In this document: one piece after another, positions 46,228 to 57,300 of the stretch
Layout: the number at the start of each line of letters is the position of its first letter
Position numbering within the stretch: the stretch's first letter is position 1
Assembly: GCA_964604795.1 (NCBI GenBank)
Contig: CAZSBQ010000001.1
Span: 1 to 59,999, forward strand
Reading direction: 5' to 3'
Length of the DNA: 59,999 bases
From: an uncultured Victivallales bacterium
GTDB taxonomy: Bacteria > Verrucomicrobiota > Lentisphaeria > Oligosphaerales > CAZSBQ01
Program-made: the position numbers and the translations under genes
The notes under the pieces: model-generated
Databases searched by the model: none
What the model saw: the letters and a program-made list of their open reading frames with translations, nothing else
Told to the model about the DNA's origin: nothing

Positions 46228-47469
46228 ATGCGCATAGGTATCCTTATAAATTGCTTGGAGGTCGGTGGCGCGGAGCGCATGGCGTTGCGCCTGCTTGATC
46301 TACTGGACAGCCAGGGGCACGATGTCCTTTTGTTCACAACCGACGGAACGCGGGCCATGCCACTTCACACGGATGCGCGCAGAGCGGCGGAACTGGAGGA
46401 CTGTCTCGTTCAACTCAGCCAGCTCAGCGTCGAGGCCCCAACCTGGCGCAAAGTCTTGGCGACGCCTCGGCAACTCCTTAGACTCAGACACCACCTGAGG
46501 GCCTTCGACATTCAAACACTGGTCAGCTTCGAGGACCGCGCCAACATCGTCAGCATGACGGTGCCTGCCCGGATTCGTCGCATTCTCTCGATCCGACATC
46601 CCATGGTGTCCGTGCTGTTTTTCAAGACTCCCCTGAAGCGCTGGCTGATCGATGCCGCATTCCGCCTTTTTCTCCGCGGGGTGGATATCGTCACGTTCAA
46701 TTCCACCGAGTCCATGACCGAATTCCGCGACCACTTCGGCGTGCCGTCCGCACGTCTGGCTGTGATCCCCAACTTCTGCGACCACGAGGAACTCAAGGAG
46801 GAAGCTGGGCAACACGTCGTTCCTGCGGAATATGCCGAGGTATTTCACCACCCCACCGCGGTCGCCTGCGGCCGGTTCAAACCCGTCAAGGGCTTCGAGC
46901 AGCTGATCCGCGCCTTCAGCCGCGTTCACGAACAGCTTCCGGATGCCCGCCTCGTCATTCTTGGCGACGGCCCGCTGATGCCGGCGCTACGCGATCTGGC
47001 GCACCGCCTGGACCTCGGCAATCGGGTAGTCCTGCCGGGCTTCACCAACCATCCCCCCGCATGGCTGTCCAGGGCGGATGTCTTCGTGCTCAGTTCGCTG
47101 TCGGAGGGGTTTCCCAACGTTCTGCTGGAATCGCTCGCACTCGGCACTCCGGCCATTGCCGCCGACTGTGTTTCGGGGCCGCGCGAAATTCTGGCGCCGG
47201 CCACGGATGTCACCCAAAAGGCTGCGGAGGTGGAACTGGCCGAATTCGGCATTCTTACCCCTTCCTTGCCGCACGTCGTTCCCACAGCCGACACCCCGCT
47301 CAACGAGGCGGAATCCGCCCTGGTCGAGGGCTTGCTGCGCATCCTTCGGGATGACACTCTCCGGTCGCGCTACGCCGAACTCGGACATCGACGCTCCCTG
47401 GATTTCGGTGTGGATAAAATTCGTGAACGATGGCTGAACCTTCTGGGAGAATCGAACTCAAATGCTTAG
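46228..47469 (+). CDS. GT4-family glycosyltransferase
   Basis: MRIGILINCLEVGGAERMALRL at the N-terminus. EGFPNVLLESLALGTPAIAADCVSGPREIL is a GT-B motif. Confidence 0.85.
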   Translation: MRIGILINCLEVGGAERMALRLLDLLDSQGHDVLLFTTDGTRAMPLHTDARRAAELEDCLVQLSQLSVEAPTWRKVLATPRQLLRLRHHLRAFDIQTLVSFEDRANIVSMTVPARIRRILSIRHPMVSVLFFKTPLKRWLIDAAFRLFLRGVDIVTFNSTESMTEFRDHFGVPSARLAVIPNFCDHEELKEEAGQHVVPAEYAEVFHHPTAVACGRFKPVKGFEQLIRAFSRVHEQLPDARLVILGDGPLMPALRDLAHRLDLGNRVVLPGFTNHPPAWLSRADVFVLSSLSEGFPNVLLESLALGTPAIAADCVSGPREILAPATDVTQKAAEVELAEFGILTPSLPHVVPTADTPLNEAESALVEGLLRILRDDTLRSRYAELGHRRSLDFGVDKIRERWLNLLGESNSNA

Positions 47470-48322
47470 TCCCTTGCTGTCAATAGCTTCTCCCTGCGCG
47501 TGCCGGTTCGGGCATGTCGGCGTCATCATCAACAATCATCTGCAGGGTCGCAGGGAGATCCGCGCCCAGGTGGACACGCTGGCGCGGGACTTCGACTTCA
47601 TCGGTCTCGACGAGCTGAAGTCAGCGATCAAACAACGGCGGAAGCGACCGTTCTGTCTGCTCACCTTCGACGACGGCAAGCAGATTCAGGTCGAGGCGAC
47701 GGAGGAACTGGAGCGGCTCGGGATTCCGGCGGCAATCTACGTGGTGACCGCATCCATGGATTCGCCCGAGCCACTTTGGTTCGACAAGCTGCGCGCCCTG
47801 CGCGAAGCGGGTGTTCCTCTCCCCGACGACCTGCAACAGTCCCACATCAAAAAGCATCCCCTTGCCGATATCCAACCCCGGGTCGACGAGGCCTGCCGCC
47901 GCTTCGGTGTTGATGCCGAAGCCGAGGATCCGCGAAGCCAGGCCTTCGCGTGGGAAACCGCCCGCGATTTGGACCGTCGCGGATTCACCATCGGCGCCCA
48001 CACTGTGGACCACGCCATCCTGACCAATGAGACGTTCAGCAAAGCTGAACGCCAAATTCGCGCGTCCATTGAGGCGGTTTCCGAGGCGCTCGGCAAGCCC
48101 TGCACCACATTCGCCTTTCCCCGCGGCAGATATACAGACGATCTGCTGCGGATGGCGCAAGCTGCCGGTGCCGAAGACACAATGACAACCGAACCCGTTT
48201 GGTTTCGACGCGACACTCCTCTCATCCGCCTCCCTCGTGTGCAGCTCAGTGAGCGAGCCTCGCCCGACAAATGCCGTGCCAAACTCGTGGCTGCTTTGCC
48301 CGGCTTCATTTTGAAAAAATAA
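47462..48322 (+). CDS. polysaccharide deacetylase (NodB homology domain)
   Basis: LLTFDDGK is NodB motif 1. GAHTVDHAIL is the H-x-x-x-H motif 2. Confidence 0.8.
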   Translation: MLSPLLSIASPCACRFGHVGVIINNHLQGRREIRAQVDTLARDFDFIGLDELKSAIKQRRKRPFCLLTFDDGKQIQVEATEELERLGIPAAIYVVTASMDSPEPLWFDKLRALREAGVPLPDDLQQSHIKKHPLADIQPRVDEACRRFGVDAEAEDPRSQAFAWETARDLDRRGFTIGAHTVDHAILTNETFSKAERQIRASIEAVSEALGKPCTTFAFPRGRYTDDLLRMAQAAGAEDTMTTEPVWFRRDTPLIRLPRVQLSERASPDKCRAKLVAALPGFILKK

Positions 48323-48393
48323 CCATTCCAGCGTGGGGTTTGTTTTCAATCAACAGATGATATATGTTTGCAGCTTTTAGGGGATATGACAAC

Positions 48394-51300
48394 ATGATGA
48401 GTTTTCGCCGTCGAGCGTTTGCGTGCAGCCGAAGCTGGTGGATGTTGGCGGCGTTTGCGAGTGGTTTTTCGGGGATATTGGCGGGCTCGGCCTCCGCCGG
48501 CGTGTTCGATGGCATGACTCCGAAGCAGCGGCGGTATCTTGAGTCGCGCATCTTTGTGGTTTCCACCGCGCCGCAGCGCGCCGAATTGCCGTCCTCGGTG
48601 ATCAACACCAAGCATTTGCCGGCGGTGACTTCGCAGGGGCAGGCGGGAACGTGCGGTGCGTATGGGATCACCTACTACTACAAGACCTGGCAGGAGGCGC
48701 GCGAACGCGGGTGGACACGTCCGAACCCGGCCGTGAATCCGGAACGATGCGCGAGTCCGGCGTACAGCTACGATTTGCTGAGGCACGGACCTCAGTCCGG
48801 CGCGTCTCCCCTAGAAGTGGCGCAGCACATGGTGGATTTCGGAGCGTGCAATTGGCAGGACATGCCTTATGACGACACGTCCGTGGGATCGCGCAACTGG
48901 CCGCCTGCGGACAAGTGGCGGGCGGCCATGCCCTGGCGTGCGCAGGCGGCCGGCATCATCCCGAAGTTGGACCAGAAAGCGGGGCGGCGCGCTCTCAAGG
49001 CGCACCTGGCCGGCGGAGATTTGGCATCCACCGCGATGACAGCTTCGCAGAATCTGCACGACTACCCCGAGGGCAAATTGACATCCAACAACGTGATCTA
49101 CGCCTGCGACACCGACGGCGGAGTAATTGACCACGCCCTGACCATCATCGGCTACGACGACAACCGAGAATATCTGGATGAGGAAGCGGGAATCCTCCGG
49201 CGCGGCGCGTTTCTCGCGGTCAACAGTTGGGGGACGGGCTGGGGTATCAGAGAGCCCACCGTCGGCACGCGCGGGTTCTGCTGGCTGGCGTATCAGTTGT
49301 TCGACAATGGCGGCGGCTGGCCCGAGGCAGTCGTGATGCGCGACCGCAGGACCTATAATCCGGAATTTGTGGTCGAACTGGGAGTCGCCCACACGGAGGC
49401 CAAACTTTTTGGAACGCTGACCACCAGCGGACGCGGCGACCACGGCATCCAACTTTTTCCGGGACTGAATATGGCCCCGCACCCCACAGACCAATCCATC
49501 TGGATTGATGTCTCCGATCTGCTCGACTACGGACGCGCCGGATTCACCCTCGATATCCGGGACTTCAGCGAGGAAGCCGGCACGCTTGATCCCTTGAGAA
49601 TTGAAAGCTGGGACGGCACGCATGCCCTGGCTTCCCTGTCCGCGCCCGTACCAACCGTGGACAACAACACGGACCCCAGTCCCGTCACGCTCTATGTCGG
49701 ACGTTATCAGCAACGGTTGGACATGGGTGCGGCGGACGATTTGCGCCAGGGGAGCGCGGCGTGGGCTGACGCCGACGGGGACGGGGATTTGGACCTGCTG
49801 ATTGCCGGCGGTTTCGGCGGCGAGTCGTTCGAGAGGAAGACGCTGTACGCGCGCAACGACGGCGAAGCCGGGTTCACGGTTCTTGATCCGGGCATGATTG
49901 CAGGAGATTCCGCCGCCTGGATCGACATCGACAATGACGGGGATGTCGACGCCATCGTCAGCGCATCCGACCGAATCCCGGACAGTGCCAACCAGACGGT
50001 CGTGTATCGCAACGACGGCGGCGCGACCTTCACCGCCCTTGCGCAAACGCTTCCCGCGGCCAACGCCGGAGCACTCGCCGTCGGCGACTTCGACAACGAC
50101 GGACGCATGGACCTTTGCATCGGCAACGACGGCGAAACGGCCGTCTGGCTGAACCGCGGCGGCGGCAGCTTCTCGAAGCGGACGGCGGGGTTGCCCGCGC
50201 TGGGCGCTTACGCCGACGGGTATGCCATCCGCGCGGCCGATCTTAACGGCGACCACCGCCTGGACCTGGTTCTCTCCGGCATCGGCGACGACGAAGCGAC
50301 GCGGGCGTACCTAAATCAGGGGGTACCCCTGCGATTTTCTCCCGCGCCAGGCACGCTGCCCGACGTGCGGTTCCCCGCATTGGCCTTGGCGGACGCCGAT
50401 CTCGACGGGGATCTCGACCTGGTAATGAGCGGTTGCCGGGGAGACCGCCAGATGCAGCTGTTTCGCAATGACGGAGCGGGTGGTTTTAGGGCAACGGAGA
50501 CCTCGCTGCCGCAGCTTCGGGCCGGCAATCTCGCCTGGGCCGACGTCAATGCCGACGGCCGCCCCGATCTGCTCGCCACCGGGCGCGAAGAAGAGGTGTG
50601 GGGCGCGTATCCCGACCGCTACTACAAAAACGACACCCTGGTGCTGACCCAAAATGCCGACGGCGACTTCGAGCAATTCGGCCCGCCGCTGCCGGACGTT
50701 TCCCGGGGCGTTGCGAACTTCGCGGACGTCAACGGCGACGGCAACCCGGACATCCTCGTCGGCGGCACGCTGGCGCAGATTTATGAAGTCGCGAGTGACA
50801 AGCTCACCCTCGGTGTCTATCTGCACGGCGACACCAAGCCTGGGTGGTTTGACGGCAATACCGCACCGAATGCGCCGACTTCGTTGAACGCGGAGCATGA
50901 CGGACACGGACGCGTCACGTTCACCTGGAGCGGTGCCGCAGATGCCGAGACGCCCGAGGCAGGCTTACGCTACCAGTTGCGCTGCGGCACGACCAGCGGG
51001 GGGCACGACGTGTTCAGCGGCGTTCATCTGCCCGGTACCCCGGCAGCGTTTCAGCGCTCGGGCCACTTCCTTGACCATGTTCCCGTGGGAACCCTGTATT
51101 GGCAGGTGCGCACCGTGGATTCGGCAGGCATCTGTTCGTCCTGGTCGGCCGAGGAGCAGGCTGCCGTGGACACCTACACGCACCCCCAGTACCTGGCGGT
51201 CGACGGGAATGCGGCGTACGAAGGTGCCGTCGATCCCGCACCCGGCACTTACCCGCACGACCGGGGCGATGTCGTCTCGCTCACCGCTACGCCCGCCGCC

Positions 51301-54300
51301 GGCTACGCGTTCAGCGAATGGCAGGGCGACATCGACGGCGTGGCCGATCCCGCAGCCGCCAATACCACGGTGACGCTCGACGCCGACCGACAGTTGACCG
51401 CGGTATTCAGGCGAATTGCGGACCCCGCACGCCCGGCCTGGACGCTCGCGGCGGATGGCGTTTCCGGCTACTACGCGACTCAACAGCACACGCTCGAATT
51501 CTTTGACGGGTACCTCCTGCGCATGGGAGGACAAACCTCGAGCTGGGCCCTGCAAAACCTCGTCTACGCATCCAACGACGATGGCCAAACCTGGCGGCAG
51601 CTCTGGCAGGTCGCCTGGAATGACCACGAGATCGAATTTTCTGTCCCCTGGCCCGCCCGCGCCGGCCACTGCTCTGAAGTTTTCAACGGCAAACTCTGGG
51701 TCTTCGCCGGCGAGGGGGCGGAAGATTTCCTGGCCGACGTGTGGAGGGCGAGCGATGTTTTCACCTGGGAGCGAGTGACCGACGCCGCACCATGGGGCAG
51801 GAGGATAAACGCGGGCAGCGCGGTGTTCGACGACAAACTGTGGATTCTCGGCGGCGAAAAATTTGCGGGTGGCGGCAATCCCCTCGACCGCTTCAGCGAT
51901 GTCTGGTCGAGCGCGGACGGCGAAAACTGGACCCAGGTCACCGACAACGCCCCCTGGCCCGCCGGGACCGTGGAGGCGACCACCTTCAACGGCAGCCTGA
52001 TTGTGCTGGCCCGCAGCGAAGTCTGGCAGAGCGCCGACGGCGAAAATTGGAACGCCCTCACTCTCGACGCCCCGTTCGGACAGCTCCTCGACACCTGCCT
52101 GGAAGCCTTCAACGGCAAACTGGTCGTCGTGGGCGGATATGATAACACCACCTGGCAGAGAAGCGACCAGACATGGACCTCGCTCGACGGCGTCAACTGG
52201 TCGGAAATCGCGCCCGATCCCGACTCCCACTGGAGCGCGCGCAGCCACACGGCTTCCTGCGTTGAGGGCGACCGGCTCTGGCTCGTCGGCGGAAAACAGG
52301 CGGACGGCGACATCGCGGACGACGCCTGGTACCTCGGGGCGGGCGAACTGCCGGACACCATGGGACGGCTGCGCCTGTTCGTCGAACCGCTTGCCGGCGG
52401 TCGCATCAAACCGCCCGGCAACACCAGCTACGTCGACGATCTCGGTACCGACTTCTCCCTCGTTGCGAACCCTGCAATCGGCTACGCCTTCGACCACTGG
52501 GAGGGGCCGGTAGCGGACCCGGACAGCGCCGAAACCACCGTCGCGCTCGAACGCGACACCGAGGTGACCGCCCATTTCACCACCACGAACACCGCGCTGG
52601 CCATCACTTTTCAGCCGGACATCAGGGTTGGCGGCGTTTCGGTCTCGCCCGGCACCTCCGACCGGGAGTGGGACTGGGAAGCGGACACCATTACGTACAT
52701 GCATCCGCGCGGGGCGGAGCTGACCGTGCAGGCCACGCCGAAGTTCGGATACGTCTTCGACCACTGGGAAGGCGATCTGAGCGGCACCTCCGGCACGGCG
52801 GACCTCGTGCTTGACGAACCGCGAAATATCACCGCCGTGTTCGTTGAGGATCCGATACTCTCCACCGGCACCCTGGCCTGCAGCGATACGTGGGCGGCGG
52901 TGATCAAGGCGGACGGCACGGCCTGGGCGGCCGGCACCAATGACAACCGCCAGCAGGGACATGCGCTCGCGCCGGACCAGCCCGGCGAATTCTGGCCGGT
53001 CGCCATCGCCTCGAACGTGCGCCAGCTTTTTCTCGCCAAAAACGGCGGCCTCGGCATCACGAGCAACGGTGACTTGCTCGGTTGGGGACCGGCCTGGGGA
53101 GGTTTGGCCGACTACGAACTTGCCGCGCATCCGGTACTGACCTCGCTGGACAGCGGAATTCGCGGGTGTGCGGGCGCGTTTGGCTTGACCACGGACCGAA
53201 ATCTGTATTTCTTTGACCGATACGGTAAACTGTTCGACAGCGTGAACCGAAGTGTGGACCTCGGATTCGACAGCGATCTGGGCGATATCGTCGCGCTCGC
53301 GGAAGGCCCGAACACCGTCTTCGCCGTAACCAGGGACGGGAAACTCTACGGCTGGGGTGAAAACGCTGTCGGCCAACTCGGGCTCGGCGATAGTTTGCCG
53401 ACGCACGAACGTCCGCAACGGGTACGCACCGGCGGCGGGGTGCGTCGCGTCGCGTGCGGACACGACCCCGTACGCGTCTTCACGCTCGCGCTGCTGGACG
53501 ATCTGACCGTGGCAAGCTGGGGAGACAACAGCAGAGGACAGCTCGGACGCACCGTCGACGAGTCAACCCCCACCGCTCTGTCCGCAGCGGTTCCGGAACT
53601 GGCGAACATCGTCAAGATTTCCGCCGGCGACGGACACGGTCTCGCTCTCGATCAAAACGGCAATCTCCACGCTTGGGGCGACAACACGTTCGCTCAGCTT
53701 GGCACCGGCGATTTCGACGACGCGGCGGCGCCCGTCCCGGTGGCGACCGACATTGCGGACATCGCCGCCGGACCGCTCTACACGCTGGTGCGCCGAACCG
53801 ACGGTGCATTCGCCTGGTGCGGCCAGGTGCCGGGACGCGACCAGCCGCTGATGACGCTGACCGAGATTCCCGGACTGGCCTACGACGATCCGAGCCTGAC
53901 ACTGGAAGTTGCCGTCGAACCGTCCGGCATCGGTGAATTCTCGCCGCGTGCCGGGCGCTCGCACATTGCGGCGAACCGCAGCATCCCTCTGCATGCCGAA
54001 GACACGGAACGCTACGAATTTGTCCATTGGTCGGAAAACGTCGACGATCCGCTGGGTGCGGACACCGCGCTGACCACGTCGACAAGCACGAGCATCAGCG
54101 TTCACTACCGCTATCAGGCAGAAGCGGCGGCCCGGCTTGCGATCGGGGCAGGCACAGGCGGCCAGGTGAATCCGGCGGACGGGACACACGAATACGAGCC
54201 GGGGACGGTTGTCACGGTACGGGCCGACGCCGATACCGGCTACCGCTTTCAGCGCTGGCAGGGGCCCGTCAGTGATCCCCGCAGTCGAACCACCACCATC

Positions 54301-57300
54301 ATCATGGACCGGGATCAGAGCGTGCTGGCTAACTTCGCCGAACTGCGCCTGGAGCCGCAACCGCAGATATCCACCGGACGCAACAATGTCATGGAATACG
54401 ACGGCTTGACACTCGACAGCGAGGGCAAGGTCTACGACTACGGCGCGACCGCTTCGGGATCGCCAATCCCTCTGAACGGCGAGGGCGATTTGTTGGAAAA
54501 CGTCGTGGCGCTGGCCGTCGGCTCCTCCCACCAGCTCGCCCTGAGCCAGGACGGCGCCGTGTGGGCTTGGGGCGACAACACACAGGGCCAGTGCGGAACC
54601 GGAGACGTGGAAACCGACAGCTGCGGGTTCCCGCAAACGGTGCTGGCGGACAATGTCGTTTTGCAGGGAATCAGCCGCATCGCCGCGGGCGCACAGTTTT
54701 CACTGGCCCTCGATCCTAACGGTTTCCTGTACAGTTGGGGCAACAACACGCGGGGGCAGCTCGGCCACAGCCCGGAAGCGGACACGGTGCCGAGCGCCAA
54801 CCCCGTCCGCGACGCCGACGGCGATGCCCTGACCGACGTGCGCGCCATTGCCTGCGGTGCGGAGTTCGCACTGGCCGCACTGGCCGACGGTACGGTGCGT
54901 GGATGGGGAAACAACGATGCCGGGCAACTGGGATTCATCGCTCGGCGAGGCGAGGCGATCCCGCAGGCTGTGCCGAGGGTACCCGCGGCCGTCAACGTGG
55001 CGGCGGGCGGCGCCTGCGCCGGGATGATCTCCGCCGAGGGTGAAGTTTGGACCTGGGGCGACAATACCTACGGCCAGCTCGGCCACGGCACGACGGGAGG
55101 CGCGGAAACGCCCGCCCGCGTCAATGGCCTGCCGCCCATCGTCTCGCTCGCCGCAGGGCCCGAACACATGCTGGCGCTTGATGAAAACGGCACAGTCTGG
55201 GCCTGGGGGCGCGGCGAAATGGGACGGCTCGGCAACGGCGCTCTCGCCGACAGCAACACACCCGTGCAGGTACTCGATCCCGCCCGCAGTGCGCCGCTCT
55301 CCGGCATTCAGGCCGTGGCTGCACATGCTCATTCGTACGCGATCAACAGCGGCGGACGCCTTTTGCAATGGGGCTATGACCGCAACTCGTTTGGAGAACC
55401 CGACCCGGTCAGCTTGCCCTGGGACCGCCTCGGGCTCGGGCAGCCCGACGGCGACGGCCTGTGCGCGCTCAGTCTCAGCAGCTTCCCGGAAGAAGGCGGC
55501 AGCGTCCATCCCAACGAGGGGCTGGTCTTCGTCAATCGCGGCACACTGGTGGAAATCCAGGCGCAACCGTCTGCGGGCTACCGTTTTCTCGGCTGGGGCG
55601 GCGACCTGTCCGGAACGTTGGCTACCGCCACCGTTCGCATGCGTGACGACCTCGCTGCCGTGGCCTACTACGAATTGGCGGGGCCGAGACTGCGTCTGGC
55701 ACCGCTGAGAATGACTCCGGGGCAGACCTCCCATCTCGAGGTGTTTCTCGACGGCGAATCCGCTCCCCTGGAAGGCGTGCAGCTGGAATTGGCCGCACCC
55801 GACGGATTCTCGTTCGGACCGGCAAGCTACGGCCTCAACAATGGTCCCAATAGCGAGCTTTCCCAGACGGTTCCCGAACCCACGCGCACAATGGCCGTGC
55901 TGGTCGACACCGATGATCAGGCAGGCCTGCTGGTGGACGGCGACCTGCCGCTGATGAGCTTTGAAATCATCGCCGAGCCCGACTGCGCCCCCGGAACTTA
56001 CACCGTCGAACTATCGGACAGAACGGCGCACACGCCGGTCGTCGCCTACGCGGACGGACACCTGTGGCAGCGGGCGGAAACCGAAGTGGCAAGCGTGACC
56101 GTTGACCCCACGCAGGGGCTTGTCCTGCGCCTGGTCGCCGCGCCTGCGGACAGCGACACGGACATTCTTACCACGCGCCCCGCCGGGCCCTCGAGCCTGC
56201 GCGCAGACCGGGACTTCAACGTGGAACTCTGGCTACAGGATCGACGCGCCAACGGGCAGCCCGTGGCCGCCGCGCAGCTTGACCTGCTTCTGCCGGCCTC
56301 CCTGACCGCAGTAGAAGTCAACGGCACCGAAGCCACGAGCGCCGTGTCCGGCGTCGTCAACGGCGGTACCGTCAGCGATTTCGGCGGCAGCTTGGCGGAG
56401 GGTGCCGTGTCGCTGGGCGACTGGACTTGCGTCGCCCGGCTCCGGGTCGCGCCCACCACCGCCGGTCAGGCAAGCCTGAGCATTGCGGACGCCGCAATCC
56501 GCTTGGACGACGACACGGTTTTGACCGAACCGGCCATCGCCCTGCAACCCGGCAACGCGCTGGACGTCACGTTTCGGGACAACGCCGCGCCCGCCGCACA
56601 GCCGGGGCCCGCCGTCTCGGTGCGCTGGGCCGGTCAGGTAAGCGGCATGCTCGGCGGTGCGGACGACAATCCCGACGATAGGCTCAGCTACACTCTTGTC
56701 GACCAGCCCGAGCACGGCGAAATCATCGCCTTCGACGCGGAGACCGGTGCGTTCACCTACCAGCCGCACCTCGCGTACAACGGCCCGGACCGCTTCTCGT
56801 ACACAGTGAGCGACGGCACCCTCACTTCCGACCCCGCCGACCAAGCGCTTTTCGTGTCTCGCGGCTGGACCGCCACGCTCCGACGCGGTGCCGGCTGGTG
56901 CGTATTCGGACAGGACGAGGAGGCGTCGGAGGACCTGGACACCGTCGATTTGTCCGCGGACTCCGCAGCCACAGTGGGCTTTGAGGCGCCCGATTCGAGC
57001 GGCCTGCTGCAGCGGGATTTGCGCGCCCGCGATGACGCCCCCGTCTGGCGCCTTCGCGCCGCTCCCGCCCCGGAAATCACGAAGCTTGAATGGGATTCGC
57101 GGGCCATTCCCGGAGGCATGCATCTGGTGCGGGTGTCGCCCAAATCGGCCGTGCCGGTGCTGGTGGACATGCGGGATCGGAGCCGTCTCGACTTGGCGCC
57201 GGGTGTTGTGCATGAATTTGACTTGGCCATGCCCGAAGGCTATGCGCTGCCGCTGGGATCGGGCTGGAACCTGATCGCTTTTCCCGGCACGCCGGTTCGC

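Noticed and set aside
48811-53463. Long minus-strand ORFs (48811-50256, 50965-53463 and others up to 57390) opposite the giant gene
   Set aside because: All are antisense to a frame with dense, recognisable repeat motifs (FG-GAP, Kelch, RCC1). Their products are Arg/Gly/Ala-rich without motifs.
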